Positions 1-9,164 of a stretch of 40,951 nucleotides of DNA are shown in pieces. Source of the stretch: Eggerthellaceae bacterium (GTDB lineage Bacteria; Actinomycetota; Coriobacteriia; Coriobacteriales; Eggerthellaceae); the NCBI GenBank assembly GCA_030533105.1, contig JAUNJT010000003.1:1-40951 (forward strand), written 5' to 3'. How positions within the stretch are numbered: the stretch's first letter is position 1; every line of letters begins with the position of its first letter. The translations under genes and the position numbers were made by a program. The notes beneath the pieces were generated by a model that saw nothing but the letters and a program-made list of their open reading frames with translations, was not told the DNA's origin and searched no databases.

Positions 1-587
1 TCCGCGCACTTCTCGATGTCGGAGATGATGTGCGTGGAGAAGAAGATGGCCACGCCCGTCTGCTTGATTTGGCCGAAGAGCTCAAGGAGCTCGTCGCGCG
101 AAAACGGGTCGAGGCCGCTCGTCGGCTCATCGAGGATGAGGGCCTCTGCGTTGTGGGAGAGGGCGAACAGGAGGTTGCACTTCACCTTCATGCCGTCGGA
201 GAGCTCGCGCGGCGTTTTGCTTTCGTCAAGTGCGAACAGGTGCAGGTAGCGCTCGTATTTCGCATCGTCCCATGTGTCGTAAAAGCGCTTCATGACGCTC
301 TTGATATCACGGATCTTCTTACGTGGATACCAGCTGATGGTGCCTGTGGAATAGCCGATGCGTTTCTTGATGTGCGCCTCATTGCCTAAAAGCGGCATGC
401 CGAAATAGTCGATCTCGCCGCAGTCGGGATGAACCAAGTTCAACATCGACTTGATGGTCGTTGTTTTACCTGCTCCATTCCTGCCGATGAAGCCAGTGAT
501 CCTGCCTGCATCGAGCGAAAACGAAACCGCATCGAGCGTGAATCCAGGATACGTTTTCGTCAGGTTACGGATGGTTACGATACCCAT
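1..587 (-). CDS. ABC transporter ATP-binding protein, 3' end cut by window edge
   Basis: Absent from the ORF track because there is no stop in the window. My translation of the minus strand from the ATG at 585-587 (GGAG just upstream) gives MGIVTIRNLTKTYPGF...GFIGRNGAGKTTTIK (Walker A), LSDGMKVK (signature-like), LILDEPTSGLD (Walker B) and FFSTHIISD (H-loop). Confidence 0.9.
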   Translation of the reverse strand, partial: MGIVTIRNLTKTYPGFTLDAVSFSLDAGRITGFIGRNGAGKTTTIKSMLNLVHPDCGEIDYFGMPLLGNEAHIKKRIGYSTGTISWYPRKKIRDIKSVMKRFYDTWDDAKYERYLHLFALDESKTPRELSDGMKVKCNLLFALSHNAEALILDEPTSGLDPFSRDELLELFGQIKQTGVAIFFSTHIISDIEKCA

Positions 588-702
588 TGCATCTCCTCAG
601 AAAGATTTGATTTATATGAATATCGTATCGTTTGGTTGCGTAGGGTTCTACCAACCGTACTTGGCGAATAATGCTGAACAATGTTATCTTTAGTTGCGGC
701 GT

Positions 703-722
703 AATCTGTGAAGAAATCTGTG
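703..722. repeat. Tandem direct repeat AATCTGTG-N4-AATCTGTG
   Basis: Two exact 8-mers, 703-710 and 715-722, in the 144-nt gap upstream of the ABC ATPase gene that starts at 587. Confidence 0.5.
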
Positions 723-731
723 CAAGTCTTC

Positions 732-1067
732 CTATTGCTTACGGTATTTCTCGAACGCCTTGCCAGCATCAAGGCGAACATCCTTGAAGAACAGCACAAG
801 CCAAACCACGAACGCTGCGATTGCCGCATAGGGTGTTAAGAAAAAGGAGAGAGCGCATCCAATTGCCATGATCAGTGCCCACAGAAAGCATGCGTTTCTC
901 ATATCTACCGCCATAGCTTCCTGATCGTAGTGCGCCCGCTCGCGCTCGGATAAGCTATTGAATCCAGAGATGAGCAAGGCGGCCTTACCCTTGAGCAGGG
1001 CAAACACGATGCCTACGATGAGGAAGAGTGCCAACGCCAGTGCGCATGCGACGGCTCCTGCATTCAT
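732..1067 (-). CDS. Small membrane protein, DUF3784-like
   Basis: 111-aa ORF. Hydrophobic helices flank a short loop, GFNSLSERERAHYDQEAM, a pattern I associate with DUF3784 (from memory). It lies 44 nt downstream of the permease gene on the same strand. Confidence 0.6.
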   Translation of the reverse strand: MNAGAVACALALALFLIVGIVFALLKGKAALLISGFNSLSERERAHYDQEAMAVDMRNACFLWALIMAIGCALSFFLTPYAAIAAFVVWLVLFFKDVRLDAGKAFEKYRKQ

Positions 1068-1111
1068 TTCCGGTTCCTCATATTCCAGTACGTTCTTTAC
1101 TCAAGTGCACG

Positions 1112-2710
1112 TTACAGTTCGGAGAAAAGCTGGCTTCCCTTGGTATCGAGCCAATGGAGCAAAAACGCTGCGATAGCTAAGAACAATACCGCCCACACAG
1201 CCATGTAGGCTGTGGCATCGACCGCAGATCCGAAAATGACGAACCCGACAATGAACACCATGGCGATTCCCCAGCCTCCGAACATCAAGGCAATGACTGC
1301 GCCGCTTCGTTTGAGAGGCATGAGCTCGTTCGTCCAAGCAACATTCGCCATCTTCACGCCGAGGAAAGAACCCGCCATCGAAGTGAACGCCACATACGCG
1401 AAAGGTACGATGCACATGAGCGTCTTAGGCGCAGCAGGCAGGTCGAGGGCGATAGCGAAGCACACCACTGCGATCGCCAACGGAACCGCCGTCAGAATGA
1501 AATGCATGACCGCTTTGGCGCGTAGCACGCTCTTTGGTGCAATGGGAAGCGATTGCAGAATCCAGATGCTCTTGCCTTCGAGTGACACCGATGGCGCGGC
1601 GATGGTATTAGTTCCCGCAAGCATACATAATGCCCCGCACATCACTACGCACACGAATGTGAGGTCGTTTCCCCACACATCAGCTACCAATTCATTGATG
1701 GATTGTGCGTTCACTAGGGTCGCTATGCCGATCACGAGCATGAACAAGGAGCCCATGTTCGAATTCAACATGTAATTAGCGCTCGAGCGGAATTTTGCAA
1801 ATTCCTTGCCCAAAAGAGCGCTGAACGATGATTTGAAGCTTGCGGTCTTTTCGACATAGCGGACGCGCTTGGTTTTGGCCGATGCAGTTACGATTCCCAG
1901 ATAGCTGCGTGACAATGCCACCCACGTCAACGCAACGAGCACGATGGCGATTGCAAGGAACACGATCATCGCTGTCACGTTGCCCTCGCCGATGCTGCCG
2001 AACAGATAGACGCCGTAAGCGGCATCCTTTACGCTGGCGCTGTATGTTGCGGCATTTGCAAGCAGCTCCATCATTGCTTCGCCCGCTTGGAAGTAGACGA
2101 AGTAGTACAGCGCGATGAACATCACGATGATGAGAACGGAAAGCAGGCTCTTGTTCTCGAGTCTTAAGGCAATCTTCGCGACAATCCAACTGAGCAGGCA
2201 GCCTATGCACAATACGACAGCTGCCGCGATGACGAGCAACGCGATACCGCAGAGCACTTCCACAATACCTGAGGATTTGGTCCTCCAATACACGACGAGT
2301 GCAGGTACCAATGCGATAGCCGTATATAAGGTTCCGAGCAGGAACGTGCTCATGAGACGCGCTGCGACGATGTCCTTCACTGGAATGGGTAACGATAGCA
2401 AAAGGTCGTTATCCTTTGCGAGGAACAGCGCCGTATAGCCGGTGGCTACCGTGCCGAACACGCCGACCAAGATGGCGGTACTTGCCGTGATCGCAAAATA
2501 CAGCCATCCGGCGTTTGCGCTGACCAAAGGTTCGCACAGCGTTACCGCCAGCGAGACGAACATGCTTCCAAACACGCCGAATATGATGATGGCGAAGAAC
2601 GCGAACCAAGCGATAATGGACCCTTTCGAGCGCATCTGGTTCTTCTTCGCATCGTAGAAGTAGCCCTTGAAGATTTCTTGGAACTGCTTCTTCAGGAGGA
2701 TGGTGAACAT
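1112..2710 (-). CDS. Polytopic ABC exporter permease (putative ABC_export family)
   Basis: 532-aa ORF, hydrophobic throughout (about 12 TM). The N-terminus MFTILLKKQFQEIFKGYFYDAKKN is typical of the 'putative ABC exporter' permeases. Its start abuts the stop of the upstream ATPase gene (2710/2711). Confidence 0.75.
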   Translation of the reverse strand: MFTILLKKQFQEIFKGYFYDAKKNQMRSKGSIIAWFAFFAIIIFGVFGSMFVSLAVTLCEPLVSANAGWLYFAITASTAILVGVFGTVATGYTALFLAKDNDLLLSLPIPVKDIVAARLMSTFLLGTLYTAIALVPALVVYWRTKSSGIVEVLCGIALLVIAAAVVLCIGCLLSWIVAKIALRLENKSLLSVLIIVMFIALYYFVYFQAGEAMMELLANAATYSASVKDAAYGVYLFGSIGEGNVTAMIVFLAIAIVLVALTWVALSRSYLGIVTASAKTKRVRYVEKTASFKSSFSALLGKEFAKFRSSANYMLNSNMGSLFMLVIGIATLVNAQSINELVADVWGNDLTFVCVVMCGALCMLAGTNTIAAPSVSLEGKSIWILQSLPIAPKSVLRAKAVMHFILTAVPLAIAVVCFAIALDLPAAPKTLMCIVPFAYVAFTSMAGSFLGVKMANVAWTNELMPLKRSGAVIALMFGGWGIAMVFIVGFVIFGSAVDATAYMAVWAVLFLAIAAFLLHWLDTKGSQLFSEL

Positions 2711-3418
2711 CTAGTCTGCCTCCAGTTCCAAGAAGGCATCTTCGAGACTGTCATCGCCCTTGACTTCTTCCATGGTGCCCGAACGTACGAGCTTGCCTTG
2801 GCGGATGATGGCCACTTTATCGCACAGCTTCTCGGCGACTTCGAGCACGTGCGTGGAGAAGAAGATCGCACCGCCGGCATCGCAATGCGCGCGCATCATC
2901 ATCTTGAGCGTATGGGATGCTTTAGGGTCGAGACCGACGAAAGGCTCGTCCATTACGATGAGCTTAGGCGCGTGCATCCAGGCGGCGATGACGGCAAGCT
3001 TCTGCTTCATGCCGTGCGAATAGGAGGCAATCGGCTGTGCAAGGTCGTTCGTGAGTCCGAAGGTGTTAGCTAGCTCGTGGATTCTGCGCTGACGTTCATC
3101 GGGTGGAATACGGAACACATCTCCGATGAAATTGAGATACTTGATACCGCTCATATAATCATACAAGTCGGGATTATCGGGGATGTATGCGATGATTCCC
3201 TTGCAATATAAGGGGTCTTCCGCAATCGAATGGCCATCGATATGCACATCGCCCTCGTCAAACTGCAGGATGCCAACCGCGCACTTGATCGTCGTCGTTT
3301 TGCCTGCACCGTTGGGACCGATGAAACCGTAAATCTCTCCGGGTGCAATATGCAGCGAAAGGTCGTCGACGGCGAGCTTATCGCCATATCGCTTGGTCAA
3401 GTGCTCGATGTTCAGCAT
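2711..3418 (-). CDS. ABC transporter ATP-binding protein
   Basis: 235 aa with GFIGPNGAGKTTTIK (Walker A), YSHGMKQKL (signature variant) and LIVMDEPFVGLD (Walker B). AAGGAA-type SD upstream. Confidence 0.93.
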   Translation of the reverse strand: MLNIEHLTKRYGDKLAVDDLSLHIAPGEIYGFIGPNGAGKTTTIKCAVGILQFDEGDVHIDGHSIAEDPLYCKGIIAYIPDNPDLYDYMSGIKYLNFIGDVFRIPPDERQRRIHELANTFGLTNDLAQPIASYSHGMKQKLAVIAAWMHAPKLIVMDEPFVGLDPKASHTLKMMMRAHCDAGGAIFFSTHVLEVAEKLCDKVAIIRQGKLVRSGTMEEVKGDDSLEDAFLELEAD

Positions 3419-3498
3419 TGTTTCATTCCTTCTTTCGAGGAACAGCAGCTTGTAGAAACGGAGGCCTTCTTGCGGTGTACGCGAAAAGGCCGCATGAC

Positions 3499-3504
3499 AT
3501 TCTA
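3499..3504 (-). promoter_or_regulatory. Candidate extended -10 (TGaTAGAAT on minus strand) for the ABC exporter operon
   Basis: The minus strand reads CTGATAGAAT about 80 nt upstream of ATG 3418. No clear -35. Confidence 0.3.
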
Positions 3505-3574
3505 TCAGATAATCCTTTCGGGAACGCCTATCGGATACGGCATGCTGCGATGGAGACTAAGGGTATCCCGGGCT

Positions 3575-3661
3575 GCATTTCGCGTGCGGGCATCATGGCA
3601 ATCGGCGAAATGCGAGATTGCCTCGCGCTTCGCATCAGCTTGAGTTCCAGACGCGAAATGC
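3575..3661. repeat. Four alternating-orientation copies of a GCGAAATGC-type 9-mer
   Basis: On the plus strand: GCATTTCGC 3575-3583, GCGAAATGC 3605-3613, GCGCTTCGC (degenerate) 3625-3633, GCGAAATGC 3653-3661. They allow mutually exclusive helices. Confidence 0.6.
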
Positions 3662-3680
3662 TTTTCAGGAAGTAGTGCTT

Positions 3681-4475
3681 TTACTTGTCAGCAACCACGC
3701 GAAGTGCGGGAGCATGCACGCCGGCACGACCGAGCGCTTCGGTAATCGCTTGAGTCAAGTCGAAATACACGGTCCAATAATCTGCGGATTTGCACCATGC
3801 ACGGGTCGTGAACTCCATGGCTTCGTTGCTTCCACCCGAAAGCCGTGCGAACGGTGCGGGATCCTTCAGTACAAGCTTATCGGCGGCCATGACATCCAGC
3901 ATGACCTGCTGAACCTTCGCCACGTCCTCGCCCTTCGCGCATCCGAATGTCAGATCAACACGGCGGAGTTCCTCGGACGACATGTTCGTCACGTTGGCGT
4001 TCATAAGCGAGCCGTTCGGGATGGAAACGGCCTTGTTATCGATGGTATTCAGAACGGTGTAGAACAGGTTGATTTCCTTGACTGTTCCTTCGCCGCCTGC
4101 TGCGCTGATGTAGTCACCGACTTTGAAAGGCTTGAAGATCAGCAGCATGATGCCGCCTGCGAAATTTGAAAGAGAACCCTGCATCGCCATGCCGATGGCG
4201 AGGCCTGCGGAAGCCAGGACCGCGATGATGGAAGCCATCGGTACACCCAAGATTCCGATGATGGAGACCACCAGGATGACATAGAGCACGATTTTCGCGG
4301 CGCTGAGCAAAAACTTGCGGAGCGTTTCCTCTTGGCGCTTGAATGCCTTCATGTTCTCGAGGAGTTTCAGCAGCCAGTTGACAATGATTCTACCGATGAT
4401 CCAAACAAGCAGAGCCAAGATGATCTTCGCAAGTGCTTCGATGAGGATATCTCCGACTACCGTAATATCAAACAT
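3681..4475 (-). CDS. Mechanosensitive ion channel, MscS family
   Basis: The track ORF runs to 4658. I place the start at the internal ATG at 4475 (GGAAAGGA SD 5 nt upstream), giving MFDITVVGDILIEAL... Three N-terminal TM helices, then PFKVGDYI and a beta-domain typical of MscS. Confidence 0.85.
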   Translation of the reverse strand: MFDITVVGDILIEALAKIILALLVWIIGRIIVNWLLKLLENMKAFKRQEETLRKFLLSAAKIVLYVILVVSIIGILGVPMASIIAVLASAGLAIGMAMQGSLSNFAGGIMLLIFKPFKVGDYISAAGGEGTVKEINLFYTVLNTIDNKAVSIPNGSLMNANVTNMSSEELRRVDLTFGCAKGEDVAKVQQVMLDVMAADKLVLKDPAPFARLSGGSNEAMEFTTRAWCKSADYWTVYFDLTQAITEALGRAGVHAPALRVVADK

Positions 4476-4660
4476 CTTTCGTCCTTTCCGAATCGCCCAT
4501 GTTGATACCGCCGCGCATAAGCGAGCCGCGCAGCAGCCTTTGTACGGCTTCCATTTTACCCGCGCGGTTTTTATCGATGCGCGGGATACCGAAGCGCATA
4601 TGAGGATTACAGAATGGGTTTTGGTGCTCTTTGCGGAAACATCCGCTGCTCTATACATAG

Positions 4661-4699
4661 TCGAAGGGCCGCGTGAACGGTGTCTGCGCGGCCCTTCGA
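4661..4699 (-). terminator. Strong hairpin downstream of pntB (no U-tract)
   Basis: Perfect 13-bp stem TCGAAGGGCCGCG / CGCGGCCCTTCGA with a 13-nt loop, 22 nt past the pntB stop. Confidence 0.6.
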
Positions 4700-4721
4700 T
4701 CGATACGATATCTTGCGCGTT

Positions 4722-6143
4722 TTACAGCGCGGCGAGTATCGCCTCCACGCTGCCCTTGGCATCGCCAAGCAGCATATCGGTGTTGTCGTTGAAGAACAAC
4801 GGATTGACCACGCCGGAATAACCCGCGTTGCCCATCTTGCGCTTGAACGCGATGACGCGCTCTGCCTCCCATACCCGCAAGACCGGCATGCCCGCGATGG
4901 GGGAGTTCGGCTCAGTAAGGGCAGAGGGGTTGACCGTATCGTTCGCGCCGATGACGAGCACGACGTCGACATCGCCGAAATCGTCGTTGATCTCATCCAT
5001 CTCGTAAACGCTATCGTATGGGACTTTCGCCTCGGCCAACAGCACGTTCATGTGACCCGGCATACGGCCGGCAACCGGATGGATGCCGAACTTCACGTCG
5101 ACGCCCATGGCCTGCAGCTTACGAGCCAAATCGGCAACGGGGAATTGCGCCTGAGCTGTAGCCATGCCATAGCCAGGCGTGATGACGACACGCTTGGCGC
5201 TCTTGAGCAGCGCAGCCGTTTCCTCTGCGGTGATTTCCGTGTGAGAGCCGTAGTCCTTGGCTTCGCCGCCACCGGCTGTGGCATTTCCGCCGAATCCGCC
5301 GAGGATGACGCTTATGAAGCTGCGGTTCATGCCCTTGCACATGATCCACGAGAGATACGCACCGCTCGAGCCGACGAGCGCGCCGGTGATGATGAGAAGG
5401 TCGTTACCGAGCGTGAAGCCTGCCATCGCAGCTGCCCAACCGGAATAGCTGTTGAGCATGGAGACAACAACGGGCATATCGCCGCCGCCGATGGCGAGCA
5501 CGAGATGTGCGCCGAGCAACAGGCTGATGACCGTGAGGATGCACAGCGGTACGAGGCCAGCCTCCACGCCACGCGTAGTGATGAGCCAGCCGATGAGCGC
5601 GATGCAGACGATGAGCGCGATGAGATTTATCGCATTACGACCAGGCAGCGTGAGCGGCTTGCCAGAAATCTTCGCGGACAGCTTGAGGAAGGCGACGATG
5701 GAACCTGTGAGCGTTACGGCGCCGATGAAGACTGCCAAGCCTACTTCACCGAGATGATAGGCGTTTTCTGCGGTATTGGCTCCAGGTGTGGCAAGGAATG
5801 AGTTAAAGCCGACGAGCACGGCTGCCGCGCCCACGAATGAGTGCAACATGGCAACGAGCTGCGGCATCTCGGTCATCTGGACGCTTCTGGCACGGAGGAT
5901 GCCGATGATGGCGCCTATGACGATGGCAACCGCAAGGATGCCGATTGCAGTGAGCACATGGTTGCCGGCTCCGGAGAGAGCGACGACGATCGCAGCGATG
6001 AGCGCTATCGCCATGCCGATGATTCCGAGCGTATTGCCTCGTGCAGCGCTCGTCTGCTTGGAAAGCCCTGCGAGGGCGAGGATGAATGCCAATGCGGCAA
6101 GGATGTAGGCGAGAGCCTGGAAGCTATTGAGCATGGTTGTCAT
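4722..6143 (-). CDS. pntB: NAD(P) transhydrogenase subunit beta
   Basis: 473 aa. Polytopic N-terminal half plus a C-terminal NADP(H) domain with [11 protein letters not shown] and [10 protein letters not shown] motifs. Starts 2 nt after the pntA stop. Confidence 0.95.
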   Translation of the reverse strand: MTTMLNSFQALAYILAALAFILALAGLSKQTSAARGNTLGIIGMAIALIAAIVVALSGAGNHVLTAIGILAVAIVIGAIIGILRARSVQMTEMPQLVAMLHSFVGAAAVLVGFNSFLATPGANTAENAYHLGEVGLAVFIGAVTLTGSIVAFLKLSAKISGKPLTLPGRNAINLIALIVCIALIGWLITTRGVEAGLVPLCILTVISLLLGAHLVLAIGGGDMPVVVSMLNSYSGWAAAMAGFTLGNDLLIITGALVGSSGAYLSWIMCKGMNRSFISVILGGFGGNATAGGGEAKDYGSHTEITAEETAALLKSAKRVVITPGYGMATAQAQFPVADLARKLQAMGVDVKFGIHPVAGRMPGHMNVLLAEAKVPYDSVYEMDEINDDFGDVDVVLVIGANDTVNPSALTEPNSPIAGMPVLRVWEAERVIAFKRKMGNAGYSGVVNPLFFNDNTDMLLGDAKGSVEAILAAL

Positions 6144-6145
6144 GG

Positions 6146-7690
6146 CTACTCAGAGCTCCTTTCGAACATCTTCAGCATTCGTCGTGTGACGAGGAAGCCG
6201 CCGAAGATGTTGATGGAGGCGATAGCCACGGCAATGGCCGAGAGCACTACGATGGCCATGTTGCCGGTAACCAAGCCTGTAACGACTTGGAATACTGCGC
6301 CGACGACGATGATGCCGGAAATGGCATTCGTCTCGGACATGAGCGGCGTGTGCAGCGAGTGCGTGACAGCCGTGATGACGTAGAAGCCGACGATGCATGC
6401 AAGTGCGAACACGGTGAAGTGAGTCTGCATCGATGCGGGGGCGAACAAGACAAGCAGTACGAGGAGGATGGCCGCGAGTATCTTCCACCAGTGCTTCGCG
6501 AAACCAGATTTCTCCTCAGGCTCAGTTTCGGCAGCAGCAGATGCTGCCTCTTCCTGCTTTGGTGCTGCGGAAACCTGCACTGCAGGTGGGGGCCACATGC
6601 CCTCGCCGTTCAGAGTGACGGTGACGCCGCGTACGACTGCGTCATCCTCATCGAGCACGAGCTTGCCATCTTTGCCCGGGGTGGTGAGCTTGAAGAAGTT
6701 GACGATGTTCTGTCCGTAAAGCTGGCTGGACTGTCCGGGCATGCGGCTCGGCAGGTCCATATAGCCTATGATCGTGACACCGTTATCTGTCACGACGACT
6801 TCGCCTGGCTTAGAAAGCGCACAGTTGCCACCGAGCGGTGAAGCACCCATATCGACGATGACGCTGCCCGGCTTCATGCCAGCGACGGCTTCCTCGGTGA
6901 TGAGCAGGGGAGCAGGACGGCCAGGGACGGCAGCCGTCGTGATGATGATATCGTTCTTCGCGCATTGCTCGGTATAAACGGCGAGCGTGAGCTTCTGCTG
7001 TTCCTCGTCGAGCGCTTTGGCGTAACCGTCTTTGCTCTCTTGCTTGACGGGAATCTCGACGAATGTACCACCGAGAGATTCAACTTGGTCGGCGACTTCG
7101 GGGCGTACGTCGGTCGCGAAGATTTGGGCTCCCATGGAACCAGCGGTGCCGAGGGCGGAAAGTCCTGCCACGCCGACGCCGATGACGTAGACCTTTGCAG
7201 GCTGCGTTTTTCCAGCTGCTGTCACCTGGCCGGCGAACGTGCGGCCGAATTCGCTGGCTGCCTCGATGACAGCGCGGTAACCGCTGACATTCATCATGGA
7301 GCTGCGAACGTCGAGGCTTTGCGCGCGGGTCAACCTCGGGACGGCATCCATGGCCAGTGCTGTGATGCCCATTTTCTTGAACGTTTCGATATCGTCCGCA
7401 TTGCCCCATGGGTTCATACGGCAGATAAGCGTTGCTCCCTGCTTGATGAGGGCAAGCTTTTCAGCCGAGGGCGTGTCGAGACAGCAGACGATGTCGGATG
7501 TGAAAACGTCTTCAGTGTTGACGATCTTCGCGCCAGCAGCCTCGTAGTCTGCGTCACGATATGCTGCTTCGATGCCCGCACCCGTCTCAACGCACACGTC
7601 ATAGCCGAGTTTGATGAGCTTGGCAGTCGTGTCAGGCGTTGCAGCGACGAGCTTTTGACCGGGCGCTTCTTTTGGAATGCCTATCAGCAT
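6146..7690 (-). CDS. pntA: NAD(P) transhydrogenase subunit alpha (dI plus fused TM segment)
   Basis: Start moved from 7816 to the ATG at 7690 (GGAAGGTG SD), giving [19 protein letters not shown]. Rossmann motif [13 protein letters not shown]. Four C-terminal TM helices. Confidence 0.93.
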   Translation of the reverse strand: MLIGIPKEAPGQKLVAATPDTTAKLIKLGYDVCVETGAGIEAAYRDADYEAAGAKIVNTEDVFTSDIVCCLDTPSAEKLALIKQGATLICRMNPWGNADDIETFKKMGITALAMDAVPRLTRAQSLDVRSSMMNVSGYRAVIEAASEFGRTFAGQVTAAGKTQPAKVYVIGVGVAGLSALGTAGSMGAQIFATDVRPEVADQVESLGGTFVEIPVKQESKDGYAKALDEEQQKLTLAVYTEQCAKNDIIITTAAVPGRPAPLLITEEAVAGMKPGSVIVDMGASPLGGNCALSKPGEVVVTDNGVTIIGYMDLPSRMPGQSSQLYGQNIVNFFKLTTPGKDGKLVLDEDDAVVRGVTVTLNGEGMWPPPAVQVSAAPKQEEAASAAAETEPEEKSGFAKHWWKILAAILLVLLVLFAPASMQTHFTVFALACIVGFYVITAVTHSLHTPLMSETNAISGIIVVGAVFQVVTGLVTGNMAIVVLSAIAVAIASINIFGGFLVTRRMLKMFERSSE

Positions 7691-7969
7691 AGTCACCTTC
7701 CTGATTATTGAGTTGCAGTTTCTGTTGTTACACCAAGTTTGCGTATGAGTACAAATGGTTTTACGCGCGGTGTGCATGTACATAATACTCGTCTTGTCGA
7801 GCATGCGATTATCCATGCGCTTTTACGAGACAGAATTCGAGTGAGTGGGAACTATCAAGCGCGTTATCGCAGGCATGCGATCCCTGGTTTTCAAGGGACG
7901 CCCTGAAAATTCAAATACCGTAGATGTGCACACTTCATGGGGGTAGGCGGTTGTCCATTCTTGAAACCC

Positions 7970-7975
7970 TATAAT
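7970..7975 (+). promoter_or_regulatory. Candidate -10 box (TATAAT), 6 nt upstream of ATG 7982
   Basis: Perfect TATAAT, then ACACAC, then ATG. There is no SD, which suggests a leaderless transcript. Confidence 0.35.
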
Positions 7976-7981
7976 ACACAC

Positions 7982-9073
7982 ATGCACTCTCTCCCGACAT
8001 ATGGTGCTCGATCCGCGTTCGCTCTGGCGCTAGCTGCGTTCGTCGTTGCTATTGCGCTGACGCTTGCATTCCAAGCTGCGCCTGCTTTTGCCGAGACGGA
8101 CAACATCGACGATGTGCCGTCCGAGCTGCAACAGCGCGTTGAGGAAACGTCTGCTGCGCTCAATGAGGTTACGGTGAAGGTTAAGGAGCTCGAGCAGCGC
8201 ATAGCCGAGAACACGGCACGCATTGCCGAGCTCGAAAAGAAGATTCCCGTGCAACGCGAGAAAAGCGCATCAGCTATGCGAGTGATCTATAAGATGAACC
8301 GTGATGGGTATTCGCTTGTGAACGCCGTGCTCGAGTCAGGGAGCTTCAAGGAATTCTTGGATAAGCTATCGTACATGGGGTATATCCATAACAGAAGCAT
8401 CCAGGAGATGATGCAGCTTTCGGCTATGCAGGATGAGCTGAAAACCGTCCAGGCTGAGCTCGAGCAAGAGCGCGAAGAAGCCCTGGAAGAGCAAAAAAAC
8501 GCGAAGGAAGCGCTCAACGAAGCTATGGCGGTTCGTCAGCAGGCCATTGAGGCCGCAGCGGCTGCAGCAGCCCAGGAAGCTGCCGAGCAAGCTGCTCGCG
8601 AAGCAGAGGCGCGCGAACAATCTGAGGGGCAGTCGGAAGAGGAGACCCCGAGCTCGGGTACTGTGTCAGCCTCGGCTCCAGCGGTTGACCCGATAAACAG
8701 CGGCAACACCGACCGCGATGAGTTCATTGCTGAATGGGCACCTCGCATCGATGCATATTTGGCAGGGTATCCCTTGGCTGGATACGGGAGCGTTTTCGCT
8801 GCCGCCGCTTGGGATTACGGAGTGGATCCGCGCTTTTCTCCCGCTATTTCTTGGGTGGAGAGCTCAAAGGGCTTGTATTGCTACCGCAGCTACAATGCTT
8901 GGGGCTGGGGCGGCATCAGCTGGAGTAGCTGGGAAGAGGCGATCGATGCCCATGTGCGCGGTTTAGCACGCGGCTACGGCTATACCGTTTCCGAGGCCGG
9001 TGCGAAGAAATACTGCCCGCCCAACTGGGAGCACTGGTACAACACGGTCTGCGCTGAAATGGCGAAGATCTAA
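7982..9073 (+). CDS. Secreted coiled-coil protein with C-terminal GH73-like (glucosaminidase/lysozyme-like) domain; putative cell-wall hydrolase
   Basis: From ATG 7982 there is a signal peptide, MHSLPTYGARSAFALALAAFVVAIALTLAFQAAPAFA/ETD. A long E/A/Q/K-rich coiled coil follows (PcsB/CwlO-like layout). The C-terminal ISWVESSKG...YNAWGWGG resembles the GH73 E-S-x-x-G...N-x-x-G pattern. The track start at 7937 remains possible. Confidence 0.6.
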   Translation: MHSLPTYGARSAFALALAAFVVAIALTLAFQAAPAFAETDNIDDVPSELQQRVEETSAALNEVTVKVKELEQRIAENTARIAELEKKIPVQREKSASAMRVIYKMNRDGYSLVNAVLESGSFKEFLDKLSYMGYIHNRSIQEMMQLSAMQDELKTVQAELEQEREEALEEQKNAKEALNEAMAVRQQAIEAAAAAAAQEAAEQAAREAEAREQSEGQSEEETPSSGTVSASAPAVDPINSGNTDRDEFIAEWAPRIDAYLAGYPLAGYGSVFAAAAWDYGVDPRFSPAISWVESSKGLYCYRSYNAWGWGGISWSSWEEAIDAHVRGLARGYGYTVSEAGAKKYCPPNWEHWYNTVCAEMAKI

Positions 9074-9164
9074 AAGAGCCGAGCGGCTTTCTCCGAAATC
9101 ATCCTCTTCATTGATGGAGCTTTTTGATCACCAAAGCCGAAGTGCCAATGGCATGGAAAACTGA

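Noticed and set aside
3481-3493. 13-nt identity (GCGGCCTTTTCGC) between 3481-3493 (minus strand) and 34862-34874 (plus strand), considered as a possible dispersed repeat family (REP-like).
   Set aside because: By my rough estimate, tens of 13-mer matches are expected by chance in a 41-kb window when both orientations are counted. The flanks do not match, and each copy belongs to a different local hairpin.
4680-5801. 373-aa plus-strand ORF antisense to pntB. The same applies to 5841-6383, 6137-6841 and 6965-7711, which are antisense to pntB/pntA.
   Set aside because: It is the same antisense-shadow phenomenon. The sequences are acidic/Arg-rich nonsense, and the minus strand carries the complete transhydrogenase genes.
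7691-7816. 5' extension of the pntA ORF. Similar extensions affect mscS (4476-4658), birA (29609-29740), atpE (36178-36231) and the atpI-like gene (34942-35040).
   Set aside because: The internal starts have good SD sequences and give family-typical N-termini. The extensions are Cys/Arg-rich and cross promoter or terminator elements.
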